From: Armatimonadota bacterium
Lineage (GTDB): Bacteria > Armatimonadota > UBA5829 > DTJY01
Assembly (NCBI GenBank): GCA_029907255.1
Contig: JARYMF010000003.1
Location: 64,061-128,060, forward strand
DNA length: 64,000 nucleotides
Direction of reading: 5' to 3'
Shown here: positions 30,708 to 39,951 of the stretch, piece by piece
Layout: each line of letters starts with the position of its first letter
Numbering within the stretch: the stretch's first letter is position 1
Made by a program: the position numbers and the translations under genes
The notes under the pieces: model-generated
Database searches by the model: none
What the model was told of the DNA's origin: nothing
Seen by the model: only the letters and a program-made list of their open reading frames with translations

Positions 30708-31651
30708 GAGATTAGCTTATCCACAAGCTCTTCTAAGCTGGGAAAAAGAAGCTTAACATGCCTGCTGCCTGGCATGCTTATAAAACAAATAAAACCCTCT
30801 TTTTCTGCTGTTTTAAGGAGCGAATCTATCTGAAGACGATTCAAGAGGAATAACTTTGCGAAATCTCCGTTTTGGATGCGGTCCAATGACTGAACTGTAG
30901 ATGCTCCACTGTAAAGGGGTTCTTCATATAGGCAGTAAATAAATGTCTCCAGGCTGGGAATATGCGGACGAGGAAAGTAGCCTAAAGTATGCCGGCTTCC
31001 TATTGCAACTGAGACTGAGTCTAATATCTCCGCTTGCTTCAAAATTCTAAGCGCAAGAGTAATTGTCTTCTCGCTTTCGAAACCCCATGTCTTCTTTGCA
31101 TACTTAATTATCAAGTCTCTGGTGATAATGGAGTCAATGGGGAAGAGAGATGCTGTGTTATCCATTCGAAATGTGTGTTCATCATAGTTCGCAGGCAAGC
31201 TTTGAAGCACGAAGAATGGATAAAAAATTTCCTCTGCAATTGCGCTAATTAACAAATCGGTCCTGGCAGTCCTCCAAAACAAGAGGTCTCGCCTAATAGA
31301 ATCATCTTTCATTCGCGAAATTAGTTTAAGAAATGCAGAGGATGGCGATTTGGCGTCTGGTGATTTAAAAAAGCGCTGTATAATTTTTGAAGCTATGCGA
31401 AAACGCGTTGATTCGGATTTATGGGGAAGAATCGAAGCGATTTTATCTCGCAAACCAGCAAGGCTAGAGATATCGGCGAACGTCTCAATAGCCTGGATGC
31501 TATAATCATAATATAGTTCTTGACCAAATGTAGCTAACTCTTTGTATTTCACGCCGCCAGTATAGCAGAAATACACTACATCGAAAATAGCCCTCAATAC
31601 ATCTTTCCAAGTATCCCAAGAATGGTCTAGAATAAATAGGATAGTGTGCAA
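30704..31651 (-). CDS. Hypothetical protein (315 aa) with a TTG start
   Basis: Its stop overlaps the upstream + gene by 4 nt. It exactly fills a gap of about 950 bp that has no other candidate gene. No SD sequence. No recognised family. Confidence 0.45.
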   Translation of the reverse strand: MHTILFILDHSWDTWKDVLRAIFDVVYFCYTGGVKYKELATFGQELYYDYSIQAIETFADISSLAGLRDKIASILPHKSESTRFRIASKIIQRFFKSPDAKSPSSAFLKLISRMKDDSIRRDLLFWRTARTDLLISAIAEEIFYPFFVLQSLPANYDEHTFRMDNTASLFPIDSIITRDLIIKYAKKTWGFESEKTITLALRILKQAEILDSVSVAIGSRHTLGYFPRPHIPSLETFIYCLYEEPLYSGASTVQSLDRIQNGDFAKLFLLNRLQIDSLLKTAEKEGFICFISMPGSRHVKLLFPSLEELVDKLIS

Positions 31652-31660
31652 GAAAGGAGA

Positions 31661-33277
31661 ATGCCGTTGTTTGACTTAGTAATAAAGAATGGCTTTGTTG
31701 TTGATGGCACTGGGAAGCCTGGCTTTAATGCTGATGTAGCTGTAAAAGACGGAAGGATTGCAATTGTTGGAAGCACGACTGAGTATGCGGCAAGAACGAT
31801 AGATGCCGAGGGCTTAGTTGTTAGTCCGGGGTTTATAGATATTCACTCACATACTGACGAGCTTGTTATCGCCAATCCAACGTGTGAGAGCAAACTTACT
31901 CAGGGAGTTACTACTGAAGTTTCGGGCAACTGCGGAGACTCGGCTGCTCCAAGGGGCGGCAAACAAAATCTCGAAGAAGCTAGCAAATGGTTGACTGAAT
32001 ATGGGATTAACCTGACATGGCGGAGCTTGGATGAGTACTTTGATGTTCTAGAATCAATTCAAATGGCGGTCAATTGCATAACTCTTGTAGGCAATGGAAC
32101 TCTGCGCAGTGTAGTAATGGGTAATGATGACCGCCCAGCTACGCCTAGCGAAATTTCCGAGATGCGCCGATTAGTTGAGGAATCAATGAAAGCAGGCGCA
32201 TTTGGATTGTCAAGTGGGTTAATTTACCCACCAAGTTGCTATGCCGATACTGAAGAATTGATTGAATTATGTAAGGGAGTAGCTCCATTTGGAGGGTTCT
32301 ACGCGAGCCATATAAGGAATGAAAGTGAAAGACTTTGCGAAGCTGTTGAAGAAGCTATCACAATAGGAAAAGAAGCAGGTGTGGGAGTGCAAATCTCGCA
32401 CCATAAAGCGTGCGGAAAGCCAAATTGGGGATTGGTCAACGAAAGCCTTGCGTTGATTGACAAAGCACGCGCTGAAGGATTGGATGTTTGGGCGGATCAG
32501 TATCCTTATGTCGCCACCTCTACAGGACTAGGAATCATGTTTCCAAAGTGGGCGTATGCGGGAGGCAACCGAAGCCTAACAGAGAGACTAAGAGATGCCG
32601 ATGAGAGAAGCAAAATTCGCGATGAAATGATAAGCAATACAGAGTCGGGCTGGATAAAGGATTCATGCGGCTGGGAAGCAGTTGTAATAAGCAGTGTTCG
32701 CGAGGAATGCAACAAACACTTTGAAGGTCGAAGCATTGCTGAGATTGCGCAAGAGCAGGGGAAACATCCAGTTGATATTGCAATTGACCTTATGCTCAGT
32801 GAAAATGGCCACATTGGCATGGTGCACTTCGTAATAAACGAGGACGATGTTAAGAGAGTAATGGCGCACCCAGCAGTCTTGATAGGTTCAGATGCAACAG
32901 CGCGGGCAACAACAGGGCCCCTAAACCGGGGAAAACCTCATCCAAGGGCTTTCGGCACTTTCGCGAGGGTTCTTGGTAAATATGTGCGCGAGGAAAAGGT
33001 ACTTACGCTTGAGCAGGCAGTGGCTAAGATGACTGGTTTGACAGCGCAAAGGCTTGGCCTTGCCAATAGGGGCATAATTGCTGAAGGTTTTTGGGCTGAC
33101 ATAACGATATTCGATGCCGAGACGATTTCGGATGCCGCAACATTCAAGGAACCGCTCACGCCGGCAATCGGTATAAAATATGTGGTTGTCAATGGTAAGG
33201 TTTGCGTTGATGACGGTCGAATAGTGGATAGTGGTCTTGGCGCAGGTCGGGTTATAAGACGCGGAAGGGATAGGTGA
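31661..33277 (+). CDS. N-acyl-D-amino-acid deacylase (D-aminoacylase) family amidohydrolase
   Basis: Start chosen at ATG 31661 with an AAAGGAGA RBS. DLVIKNGFVVDGTG...DVAVKDGRIAIVGS...GFIDIHSHTD is the family signature. Confidence 0.85.
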   Translation: MPLFDLVIKNGFVVDGTGKPGFNADVAVKDGRIAIVGSTTEYAARTIDAEGLVVSPGFIDIHSHTDELVIANPTCESKLTQGVTTEVSGNCGDSAAPRGGKQNLEEASKWLTEYGINLTWRSLDEYFDVLESIQMAVNCITLVGNGTLRSVVMGNDDRPATPSEISEMRRLVEESMKAGAFGLSSGLIYPPSCYADTEELIELCKGVAPFGGFYASHIRNESERLCEAVEEAITIGKEAGVGVQISHHKACGKPNWGLVNESLALIDKARAEGLDVWADQYPYVATSTGLGIMFPKWAYAGGNRSLTERLRDADERSKIRDEMISNTESGWIKDSCGWEAVVISSVREECNKHFEGRSIAEIAQEQGKHPVDIAIDLMLSENGHIGMVHFVINEDDVKRVMAHPAVLIGSDATARATTGPLNRGKPHPRAFGTFARVLGKYVREEKVLTLEQAVAKMTGLTAQRLGLANRGIIAEGFWADITIFDAETISDAATFKEPLTPAIGIKYVVVNGKVCVDDGRIVDSGLGAGRVIRRGRDR

Positions 33278-33284
33278 ATAAATA

Positions 33285-34361
33285 ATGAACCGAGGTATTA
33301 TCATTTTTTTGGCATCTGTGGCGGTACTTGGTGCGGTGGGGCTTTTTTTGCTGAAACAAGGTAGTACCTTTTTTCTAAAAAGCCCGGATGAAGTTCGTAT
33401 TGCCTACGTTTCCGATGTTGGTGGGAACATAGATATCTGGACAATGAAACCCGATGGTTCCGATAAACGGCAGGTAACCAATGATCAAGCAAACGACCGC
33501 CTGCCTGTGTGGTCACCGAATGGCAAAGAAATTGCTTCCGTTTCTGACCGGCGAGAGAATGTCTATCAGGTATTTGTCTCTGCATGGGACGGAAGCTATA
33601 CAAAACAATTAACAGTGGGCACCGGTACAAAAGACTTTGTGCAATGGAGTGCTGATGGTTCGACGCTAGCATATATTTCCAGCGGCAGGGTTTTCACACT
33701 TCAACGTCATGGAGGAACAGAACAGCAAATTTTGCCGCCGGTAACAACAGGCGTGATTTTAGATAATCCACCGTATTCATTAGCATTGTGGTCTCCTCGT
33801 GACAAAAAGCTTGCTGTTATAATGAATGCTGAAGAAGGCCAGCGGGCACTGGTGCTTGAGAATTTTGACGAGAAGCCCTTTGGAATTACTGCTGCGCGCC
33901 GTTTAGCTATCGCATGGTCTCCGTCAGGAGAAATGCTTGCAGTTACGTTCATTGGCCGCGGGCAAGAGAATGGTATTCTGACTGCCGATATCTCAAGAGT
34001 GCTGACGAAAGACCTGTGGAAAATAAAAGGGAATGCTGAAGGTCCGTTGTCTCCCGCTTGGTCTCCGGACGGAAAGCTCATTGCGTTCGAAATGTGGACA
34101 CTTAGAGATGGATATCCAGACAAATGCAAGGGCATTTATACAATCAATGCGTCGGGTGGAAAGCCCAAGCTTATTGTTTCCGGTGATGCGCGAGAGCCCA
34201 CTTGGTCGCCAGATGGTAAGTATCTTGCATATGTTTTGTTTCGCCCAGACGGAGGCAGAGATATTTGGCGCATAAATGCGGATGGCTCAAATCCATTAAA
34301 CCTCACAAACGGCAAGGGCGATAATTATCAGGCTTCATGGTCGCCTTTGCCAAAGAAGTAG
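33285..34361 (+). CDS. TolB-like periplasmic PD40/WD40 beta-propeller repeat protein
   Basis: An N-terminal membrane anchor, then repeated WSPDGK / WSPNGK / WSPSGE PD40 repeats. Confidence 0.75.
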   Translation: MNRGIIIFLASVAVLGAVGLFLLKQGSTFFLKSPDEVRIAYVSDVGGNIDIWTMKPDGSDKRQVTNDQANDRLPVWSPNGKEIASVSDRRENVYQVFVSAWDGSYTKQLTVGTGTKDFVQWSADGSTLAYISSGRVFTLQRHGGTEQQILPPVTTGVILDNPPYSLALWSPRDKKLAVIMNAEEGQRALVLENFDEKPFGITAARRLAIAWSPSGEMLAVTFIGRGQENGILTADISRVLTKDLWKIKGNAEGPLSPAWSPDGKLIAFEMWTLRDGYPDKCKGIYTINASGGKPKLIVSGDAREPTWSPDGKYLAYVLFRPDGGRDIWRINADGSNPLNLTNGKGDNYQASWSPLPKK

Positions 34362-34367
34362 AACAGC

Positions 34368-35573
34368 TTGGCACGCATGGAGCAGCAAAATTATATAACA
34401 GACCAGTTAATTCCGTACATTGGAAACAAGCGCAAGCTTATACGGCTAATAAAACATGCGATTGACGCTACTGGCGTTAAAAATGGAACATTCTACGATG
34501 CCTTTGCTGGAAGTGGAGTCGTCTCAAGGCTGGCAAAGACGCTTGGATTTCGGGTCATTGCTAACGATTGGGAGCCGTATTCCTTTTATATAAACTACTG
34601 TTACATTGGCCATAACAAACCTCCTGCGTTCGAGAAACTTGGTGGAATTGAGAATGCAATCCGCATTCTAAACTCGCTTCAGCCAATTTGCGGTTATATT
34701 GCCCGCAATTATTGTCCCAAAGACGACGAGAATTATGACCCGGAAACCGAAAGAATGTTTTATACTCAAGAAAATGGCCGCAGAATTGACGCTATACGCG
34801 AAAAAATTGCCGAATGGCGCGCAAACGAAATCATCACAGAAGGCGAGGAAGCAGTCCTTCTAGCCCCGCTTATATTCCAAGCTTCCTATTGTAGCAATAC
34901 ATCGGGAGTTTTTAAGGGTTTCCATAGAGGATGGGGTGGGGCAACTAAAACAGCCCTGTATCGCATTCGAAGCACTCTTACCCTTTCTCCGCCGCTGTTT
35001 TGGGATAACGGTTGCCAAAATCTTGTCTTTCAAGAGGATGCCAATGTTCTATGTGACGAGATTGAAGCTGATGTAGCGTATCTTGACCCTCCATATAATC
35101 AACACCAATATGGTGCTAATTACCATCTGTTAAATACCATAGCTCTCTGGGATAAGCCGAAAGTTACCCCAATTTTTCAGTTTGGGCGTAGTGGCAACGG
35201 CAAAGCGGCGATTCGCGAAGATTGGCGTACCGTGCGGCGCAGTCCGTACTGCTACCGCTGTTCTGCACTTCCTGCATTTTCAGACCTGGTAAATAGAACA
35301 AAAGCACGTTTCATATTGGTAAGCTACAGTACCGACGGCATAATTCCTTTTGATTCCCTTCTTGAGCTCCTTGCTGCACGAGGTGAACTCTCTGTCGTAA
35401 CGCAAAGATATAAGCGGTACCGCGTAAGCAGCCAGCGCCCGTCGCCAAGATCGCATAATGTCGAATTTGTCGCCATTGTAAATACTTCTAAGCCTGGAAA
35501 TCCTTCAAATATAAAAGAGGTGAAACAAAAAGTTCTTGACGAACATATAAATAATCAAAATATGGTAAGCTAG
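34368..35573 (+). CDS. N6-adenine DNA methyltransferase, Dam/D12 class (alpha group)
   Basis: IPYIGNKRKL matches Dam WAGGKYPLL. FAGSGVV is the SAM motif I. DPPY is catalytic motif IV, about 200 aa later. There is a C-terminal extension of about 150 aa. Confidence 0.75.
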   Translation: MARMEQQNYITDQLIPYIGNKRKLIRLIKHAIDATGVKNGTFYDAFAGSGVVSRLAKTLGFRVIANDWEPYSFYINYCYIGHNKPPAFEKLGGIENAIRILNSLQPICGYIARNYCPKDDENYDPETERMFYTQENGRRIDAIREKIAEWRANEIITEGEEAVLLAPLIFQASYCSNTSGVFKGFHRGWGGATKTALYRIRSTLTLSPPLFWDNGCQNLVFQEDANVLCDEIEADVAYLDPPYNQHQYGANYHLLNTIALWDKPKVTPIFQFGRSGNGKAAIREDWRTVRRSPYCYRCSALPAFSDLVNRTKARFILVSYSTDGIIPFDSLLELLAARGELSVVTQRYKRYRVSSQRPSPRSHNVEFVAIVNTSKPGNPSNIKEVKQKVLDEHINNQNMVS

Positions 35574-35609
35574 AGTTCCAACTACAAAATGAGTGGAAAG
35601 GAGTACATT

Positions 35610-36254
35610 ATGAAAAAAGCCTTGCTTTGCTTGCTTTTGTTAGTTTTGGGATGTTTAATGGTAATCAGTTATGCCAGCGCTGATAGGTTAATCTTAATAC
35701 CTACAGGCAGTACCATAAGCACCGGCATAAAAGGTGAATATGCCGCAAGTGCCGAGGGCGATGACCAAAAAATTTACTGGGCAAGTATTGGCATGTCTCG
35801 GTTTGAGATTGAAGGTGCAAGATTCCAAGATTTTCCCGCAACAGAAAAAACAGACGCTTTGAGTGCACAGGTGTGTGTAATTCCAGAAACTTCGTTTACG
35901 CCAGCCGTAGCAGTCGGAGTAAGAGATATTTCTGATGAGACAGAAGGGCTTGGACTTCCCTACGATGGCCAGTCATTTTATGCGGCTGTTTCTAAGACAG
36001 TGCCCATTACTGGCGGCGTTCCTGTTATATTCCAAGATATGAAAGTTCACGGCGGCGTGGGCACAGGAAGTCTTGGCGGTGTATTCTTCGGCGTTGAGGG
36101 AACCCTACCCATTGGTCTCCGAATTGCCGCAGAGTATGATACCGAAGAGTTTAATTGGGCCGCGATTTACAGTGTAGCAGGCCCACTGAAATTTAAAGTT
36201 TCTTCGATAAGAAACGACCTTTACTATGGTGCCTTTCTGAGCACTTCATTTTAA
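35610..36254 (+). CDS. Secreted hypothetical protein, possible small outer-membrane beta-barrel
   Basis: Start at ATG 35610 with a GGAAAGGAG RBS. Signal peptide MKKALLCLLLLVLGCLMVISYASA. Gly-rich amphipathic strands. A C-terminal aromatic residue (...LSTSF). Confidence 0.45.
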   Translation: MKKALLCLLLLVLGCLMVISYASADRLILIPTGSTISTGIKGEYAASAEGDDQKIYWASIGMSRFEIEGARFQDFPATEKTDALSAQVCVIPETSFTPAVAVGVRDISDETEGLGLPYDGQSFYAAVSKTVPITGGVPVIFQDMKVHGGVGTGSLGGVFFGVEGTLPIGLRIAAEYDTEEFNWAAIYSVAGPLKFKVSSIRNDLYYGAFLSTSF

Positions 36255-36278
36255 AGAAAAATCAGGGCAAAATTAAAA

Positions 36279-36318
36279 CTTTCAAGGGAGAGCGAGGGAA
36301 GTTGCTCTCCCTTGAAAG
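36279..36318. terminator. Perfect 15-bp stem-loop (CTTTCAAGGGAGAGC-N10-GCTCTCCCTTGAAAG)
   Basis: Directly downstream of the 35610 gene stop. Followed by CATTTAT. Confidence 0.5.
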
Positions 36319-36475
36319 CATTTATGGCAGGTATTGGGCAAGGAACAAAAGTATTTTTCCCCTGCGGAATAAAGTAATTACCGCATAATGCCGATACTTC
36401 TATTAGATATACCAGTAGAAATACTAGTATGGTCGTTCGCTGATTGGCACAAGCAATTTTTGGAGGTAGTTAGCA

Positions 36476-36943
36476 TTGGCAGGAGAAAATAAAATCAAAT
36501 GCGATGAGAAAAATAATTCTGTATACACCACTTGCTGGGAAGTAACCGGATGCAGTAGGTCGGACTATATTTCATGTCCAGCTTTTCAGCAGAGGAAAAA
36601 CTGCTATGAACTCGACCGCGTGATTTGCTGCACAAAGCACAGGGATAACTGTGCTTCATGTCCAGTGTACATAGCAATAAACAAAGTCCCCGTTGAGAGA
36701 ACCCGTGTTAGAGTCTGTACTGATCGCTTTGACATTGAGGGCGATTTGCACATGCCAGTTGGCGCACGTCTGTCAGACTATATAAACCGAACCGATAAGC
36801 CATTTTTGGTGCTCACAGATGCCGAGATTACTCAAATAGATAATCCAAATAACGTTACCCATGATTCGGTTGCCATCGTAAACAAGTCTCACATAATCCT
36901 CACCTGGCCAATTAAGGAAAACCCCCAGTCTAAAGCGGCTTGA
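36476..36943 (+). CDS. Cys-rich hypothetical protein (9 Cys in the first 62 aa, includes HxxxCxxC)
   Basis: TTG start with a GGAGG RBS. Cys pattern C9,C20,C26,C34,C43,C51,C52,C59,C62 with H55-x3-C59-x2-C62. The C-terminal roughly 85 aa are predicted beta-rich. Confidence 0.5.
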   Translation: MAGENKIKCDEKNNSVYTTCWEVTGCSRSDYISCPAFQQRKNCYELDRVICCTKHRDNCASCPVYIAINKVPVERTRVRVCTDRFDIEGDLHMPVGARLSDYINRTDKPFLVLTDAEITQIDNPNNVTHDSVAIVNKSHIILTWPIKENPQSKAA

Positions 36944-37108
36944 AAAAAAATTTGCCCTATTTCTAATTTTTTTTTGCGGTTGCGTTTAATTTTAAAAATA
37001 GAAGGGTAGAAAGCGATAAAACAGTGTGTCAGCGCTCATTTGTAAACACAGTTTTAATAAGGAAGTGGGTTATTAATACTGCAAACAAAAAGGTAATAAA
37101 AAATTAGC

Positions 37109-37137
37109 TTGACAAAAAAACAGAAATATGATATCTT
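37109..37137 (+). promoter_or_regulatory. Sigma70-like promoter TTGACA-17-(TGa)TATCTT upstream of the outer-membrane protein / Tad locus
   Basis: TTGACA 37109-37114 and TATCTT 37132-37137. Leaves a leader of about 230 nt before ATG 37372. Confidence 0.45.
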
Positions 37138-37371
37138 GCTATTTGAATTACCAGTTTGTTGTAAATCTTGCTTGCTATTGGTTGATTGGCACATTTTTTG
37201 CAACACCTCAAGTTAAATAACAAATCCACTGGAGTTGTCTCGGTATAGCACAAAATGCCAGGAAGGCGATTTGTTCCCAAGAATCTAGGTGCTCTGTTAA
37301 GTGAAGATTTCTATATTCATTCATAATTGGCAGTCATCTATATTTCAGAGTCAACAAGGAGGAGGAACGGC

Positions 37372-38235
37372 ATGCACCTTAACCGACATTTAGTTTGCTG
37401 GGTGTTATTGGTATTGTCGGCGTCTTTGGTTATCCCCGCATTATGTGCACAAGAGGAAGGCAAGCTGGTAAGAGGTATTGTTGTTGATAGATCTGAGAAG
37501 CTTCTGTGGCTTGGTTTGCCAGAGCCGGTTAAAAAAGGGACAGTATTTAACATCATGGTAATGCCAAACAGCAAGGTAATTGCAAAGGCTATTGTAACAG
37601 AATGCACACCGGACGAGCCTTACGTTGCAAAGGCGAAGTTCGTTCTTGAGGAAAAAGGCGCTTTCGTATCAGTAGGGGCATATGCCGAGGCGGTTAGTGA
37701 TGCTGCTGTTAAAGACCGAGATAAGATAGACGGCTATCAGGAAGTTGAGCTTGGGCCGAAGGGCATCAATCCACTGAGTTTTTCCATAGGGGTTTTCTAT
37801 CCTTTAGAAAGCAGTCTTCGCAGAGAGACTGCCACCTTGTGGCCAGCAGTCCAAATTGGCTATCAACTATGCAAAAAAGAAAATACAGCGTTAAGTTTAA
37901 GCATCGGATACTTTCACGGCGATGGGAGCTTTACATTAGATGAAGTAGAAGGTAGCCGTGATTTCAGGCTTGTCCCCTTGATTTTAGATGTTAAATTTTC
38001 GGAAGCATCTCAACTTAGAGGAGCGCCTTACTTCAAAGCCGGCATAGGAGCTTTCTATGTCAAAGACGAGCGTTCCATAGGCGGTGCTGAAGATAAATTA
38101 AACGTGGTTACTTTGGGCTGGCGTCTAGGGCTCGGATACCAATCAAAGAAGGGCAGGCATGTTGAGCTGACATATACTGACGCCGCAAGGTCAGATTTCA
38201 AAGGGCTAACATTTAAACTCGGCGCTAGGTTCTAA
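37372..38235 (+). CDS. Outer-membrane beta-barrel protein
   Basis: Start at ATG 37372 with an AAGGAGGAGG RBS. Signal peptide ...LVLSASLVIPALCAQ. Alternating amphipathic strands. C-terminal ...LTFKLGARF with a terminal Phe, as in OMP sorting signals. Confidence 0.5.
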   Translation: MHLNRHLVCWVLLVLSASLVIPALCAQEEGKLVRGIVVDRSEKLLWLGLPEPVKKGTVFNIMVMPNSKVIAKAIVTECTPDEPYVAKAKFVLEEKGAFVSVGAYAEAVSDAAVKDRDKIDGYQEVELGPKGINPLSFSIGVFYPLESSLRRETATLWPAVQIGYQLCKKENTALSLSIGYFHGDGSFTLDEVEGSRDFRLVPLILDVKFSEASQLRGAPYFKAGIGAFYVKDERSIGGAEDKLNVVTLGWRLGLGYQSKKGRHVELTYTDAARSDFKGLTFKLGARF

Positions 38236-38330
38236 AGCTATTGAACAAAGCATGAACTGGTGCGTCAACGCAAATATGAGGAATAAGGCAAAGTTCGAAT
38301 TAGCGTTTTATTGAAAGGGGGTGAAAGAAA

Positions 38331-38498
38331 ATGGTTAAGAGGATGAAGGAGCTGCTCAAGGATGAAGAGGGTGCGACGATGGTCGAGTACGCCCTCTTGC
38401 TGGCGCTGATTGCCGTAATTTGCATTTTGGCCGTAACGCAACTCGGCGGGAAGGTTAATTCCACGTTTGAGAGTTGCAGAGATGCAATTCCATAGTAA
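38331..38498 (+). CDS. flp: Flp-family type IVb pilin (55 aa), not in the ORF track
   Basis: MVKRMKELLKDEEGATMVEYALLLALIAVICILAVTQLGGK... The Flp motif G/ATxVEYxLLxALIAV is present. RBS AAGGGGGTG. Confidence 0.8.
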
Positions 38499-38543
38499 AG
38501 GCCGCAGTAAATAAGCAGCGCCGTTATGGAGTAAAGTGGACGG

Positions 38544-38586
38544 ATTCTGCCCCGCTTAATGCGGGGCAGAATCACACTCTTTTTTA
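38544..38586 (+). terminator. Rho-independent terminator after flp (ATTCTGCCCCGC-TTAAT-GCGGGGCAGAAT + CTCTTTTTT)
   Basis: Perfect 12-bp GC-rich stem followed by a T6 run. Confidence 0.7.
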
Positions 38587-38602
38587 ACAGCTCGGGGATA
38601 AT

Positions 38603-39121
38603 ATGGGCGCAAAAGTAATAGAAATGCTTCCAATCGGCATATTGGTTTTAATGCTGGGGTTTGCAGTTTATACAGACATCCGATTTGGAAAGATATACAA
38701 TAAGTTAACACTACCTTGCATGGCGCTTGGCATACTGCTTGGCGCTGTGTCAAATGGGTGGATGGGCTTTCTCAGCAGTATAGGCGGAATTTTAATAATC
38801 CTTATTCCATTTTTACTATTCGCTCCTGCAGCAGGCATTGGCGGCGGCGACGTTAAACTCATGATGGCTGTTGGTGCTCTGCTTGGATACAAAGCGGCAG
38901 TTTGGGCGGTGCTTATCTCGGCAGTTGTAGGGGGTGCGCTGGCAGTAATAACGGTGCTAATCTACAGGGAATTCCTTAATACTACAAAAAACGTTTTTCT
39001 CAGCGCGGTCCTAAAAGCACCAATGGTTCTGGCGGGAGGCTCGAAAGGCTTAAAAGTTCGCTACAGCCCAGCTATAGCAATTGGTACAATTCTTACAATT
39101 ATTTATCAATTTGGAAGATAA
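38603..39121 (+). CDS. cpaA: Prepilin peptidase CpaA/TadV (A24 family)
   Basis: 172-aa polytopic membrane protein with conserved Asp in ...VYTDIRFGKI... and ...GGGDVKLMMAVGALLG. Confidence 0.8.
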   Translation: MGAKVIEMLPIGILVLMLGFAVYTDIRFGKIYNKLTLPCMALGILLGAVSNGWMGFLSSIGGILIILIPFLLFAPAAGIGGGDVKLMMAVGALLGYKAAVWAVLISAVVGGALAVITVLIYREFLNTTKNVFLSAVLKAPMVLAGGSKGLKVRYSPAIAIGTILTIIYQFGR

Positions 39122-39240
39122 GCACAAAAATACTTAGCGTTTGGCACAACCTACAGGCTCTGAAAACTGCATTTTGACGGTAGTCGGATGCCGAGAAATT
39201 AGCTTTCTACTGCCGCCGCTAAAGAAGGGAGCTTAAGCTT

Positions 39241-39417
39241 ATGTGGGATAAAATAAGGAATAAAGCGAAAATCCTTGCTTCCGATGAGGATGGCCACGTG
39301 CTCATTGAATATGGAATCGTGCTGGCACTAATTGCTATTGCATGCATAACAATTGTTGGTGAGATAGGAAATAAGACCAATGTTCTATTAAGCGATACTG
39401 CATCGAAATATCCATAA
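39241..39417 (+). CDS. flp: Second Flp-family pilin (58 aa), not in the ORF track
   Basis: MWDKIRNKAKILASDEDGHVLIEYGIVLALIAIACITIVG... RBS AAGAAGGGAG. Confidence 0.75.
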   Translation: MWDKIRNKAKILASDEDGHVLIEYGIVLALIAIACITIVGEIGNKTNVLLSDTASKYP

Positions 39418-39472
39418 ATGCAAACAAAGTGCAGACACCATCAAAAGCCTTAGGACAGGCGGTGACGACAAA

Positions 39473-39934
39473 ATGAAAATGATGCGGATGGGTGACAACA
39501 AAGGGGCAGCGTTGGTTGAATTCGCCATAGTTGCCCTTTTGCTGTTCACAATGCTGTTAGGAATCATTGAGTTTGGCATGCTCATAAAGGACTACCTTGC
39601 ACTAAACCAGGCAGTCAGGGAAGGAGCAAGAAGTGCCGCCCTCCGAAGTGATATAACTACTGTTGTGAATAGGGTTAAAGGCAGTGCCCCAACGCTTGAC
39701 CCATCAAGAATCAACAATGTTAGCGTTTTTTACAGGGTCTACAATTCGAGTTCCAATAGTTGGGGCGATTGGATTGCAGGGACGCCTCCGGATAATATAG
39801 CCCAATATCATGTCCAAGTTAGGGTTCACGGCGAGTATTCTCACAAATTGATTACAGGTCAATTTTTCTCATGGCTTGCGGATGGCGGGGATTCCATTAC
39901 TGTCAAAAGTGAAATGGTGATGAAACGGGAGTAG
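39473..39934 (+). CDS. tadE: TadE-like pilus assembly protein
   Basis: GAALVEFAIVALLLFTMLLGIIEFG is the TadE/TadG N-terminal motif. Confidence 0.75.
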   Translation: MKMMRMGDNKGAALVEFAIVALLLFTMLLGIIEFGMLIKDYLALNQAVREGARSAALRSDITTVVNRVKGSAPTLDPSRINNVSVFYRVYNSSSNSWGDWIAGTPPDNIAQYHVQVRVHGEYSHKLITGQFFSWLADGGDSITVKSEMVMKRE

Positions 39935-39951
39935 CCGGGAAGGAGGCTAAA

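Noticed and set aside
34368-36943. Methyltransferase as part of a restriction-modification or BREX/DISARM system
   Set aside because: No endonuclease, PglZ, BrxC or helicase genes are adjacent, so it is treated as an orphan methyltransferase.
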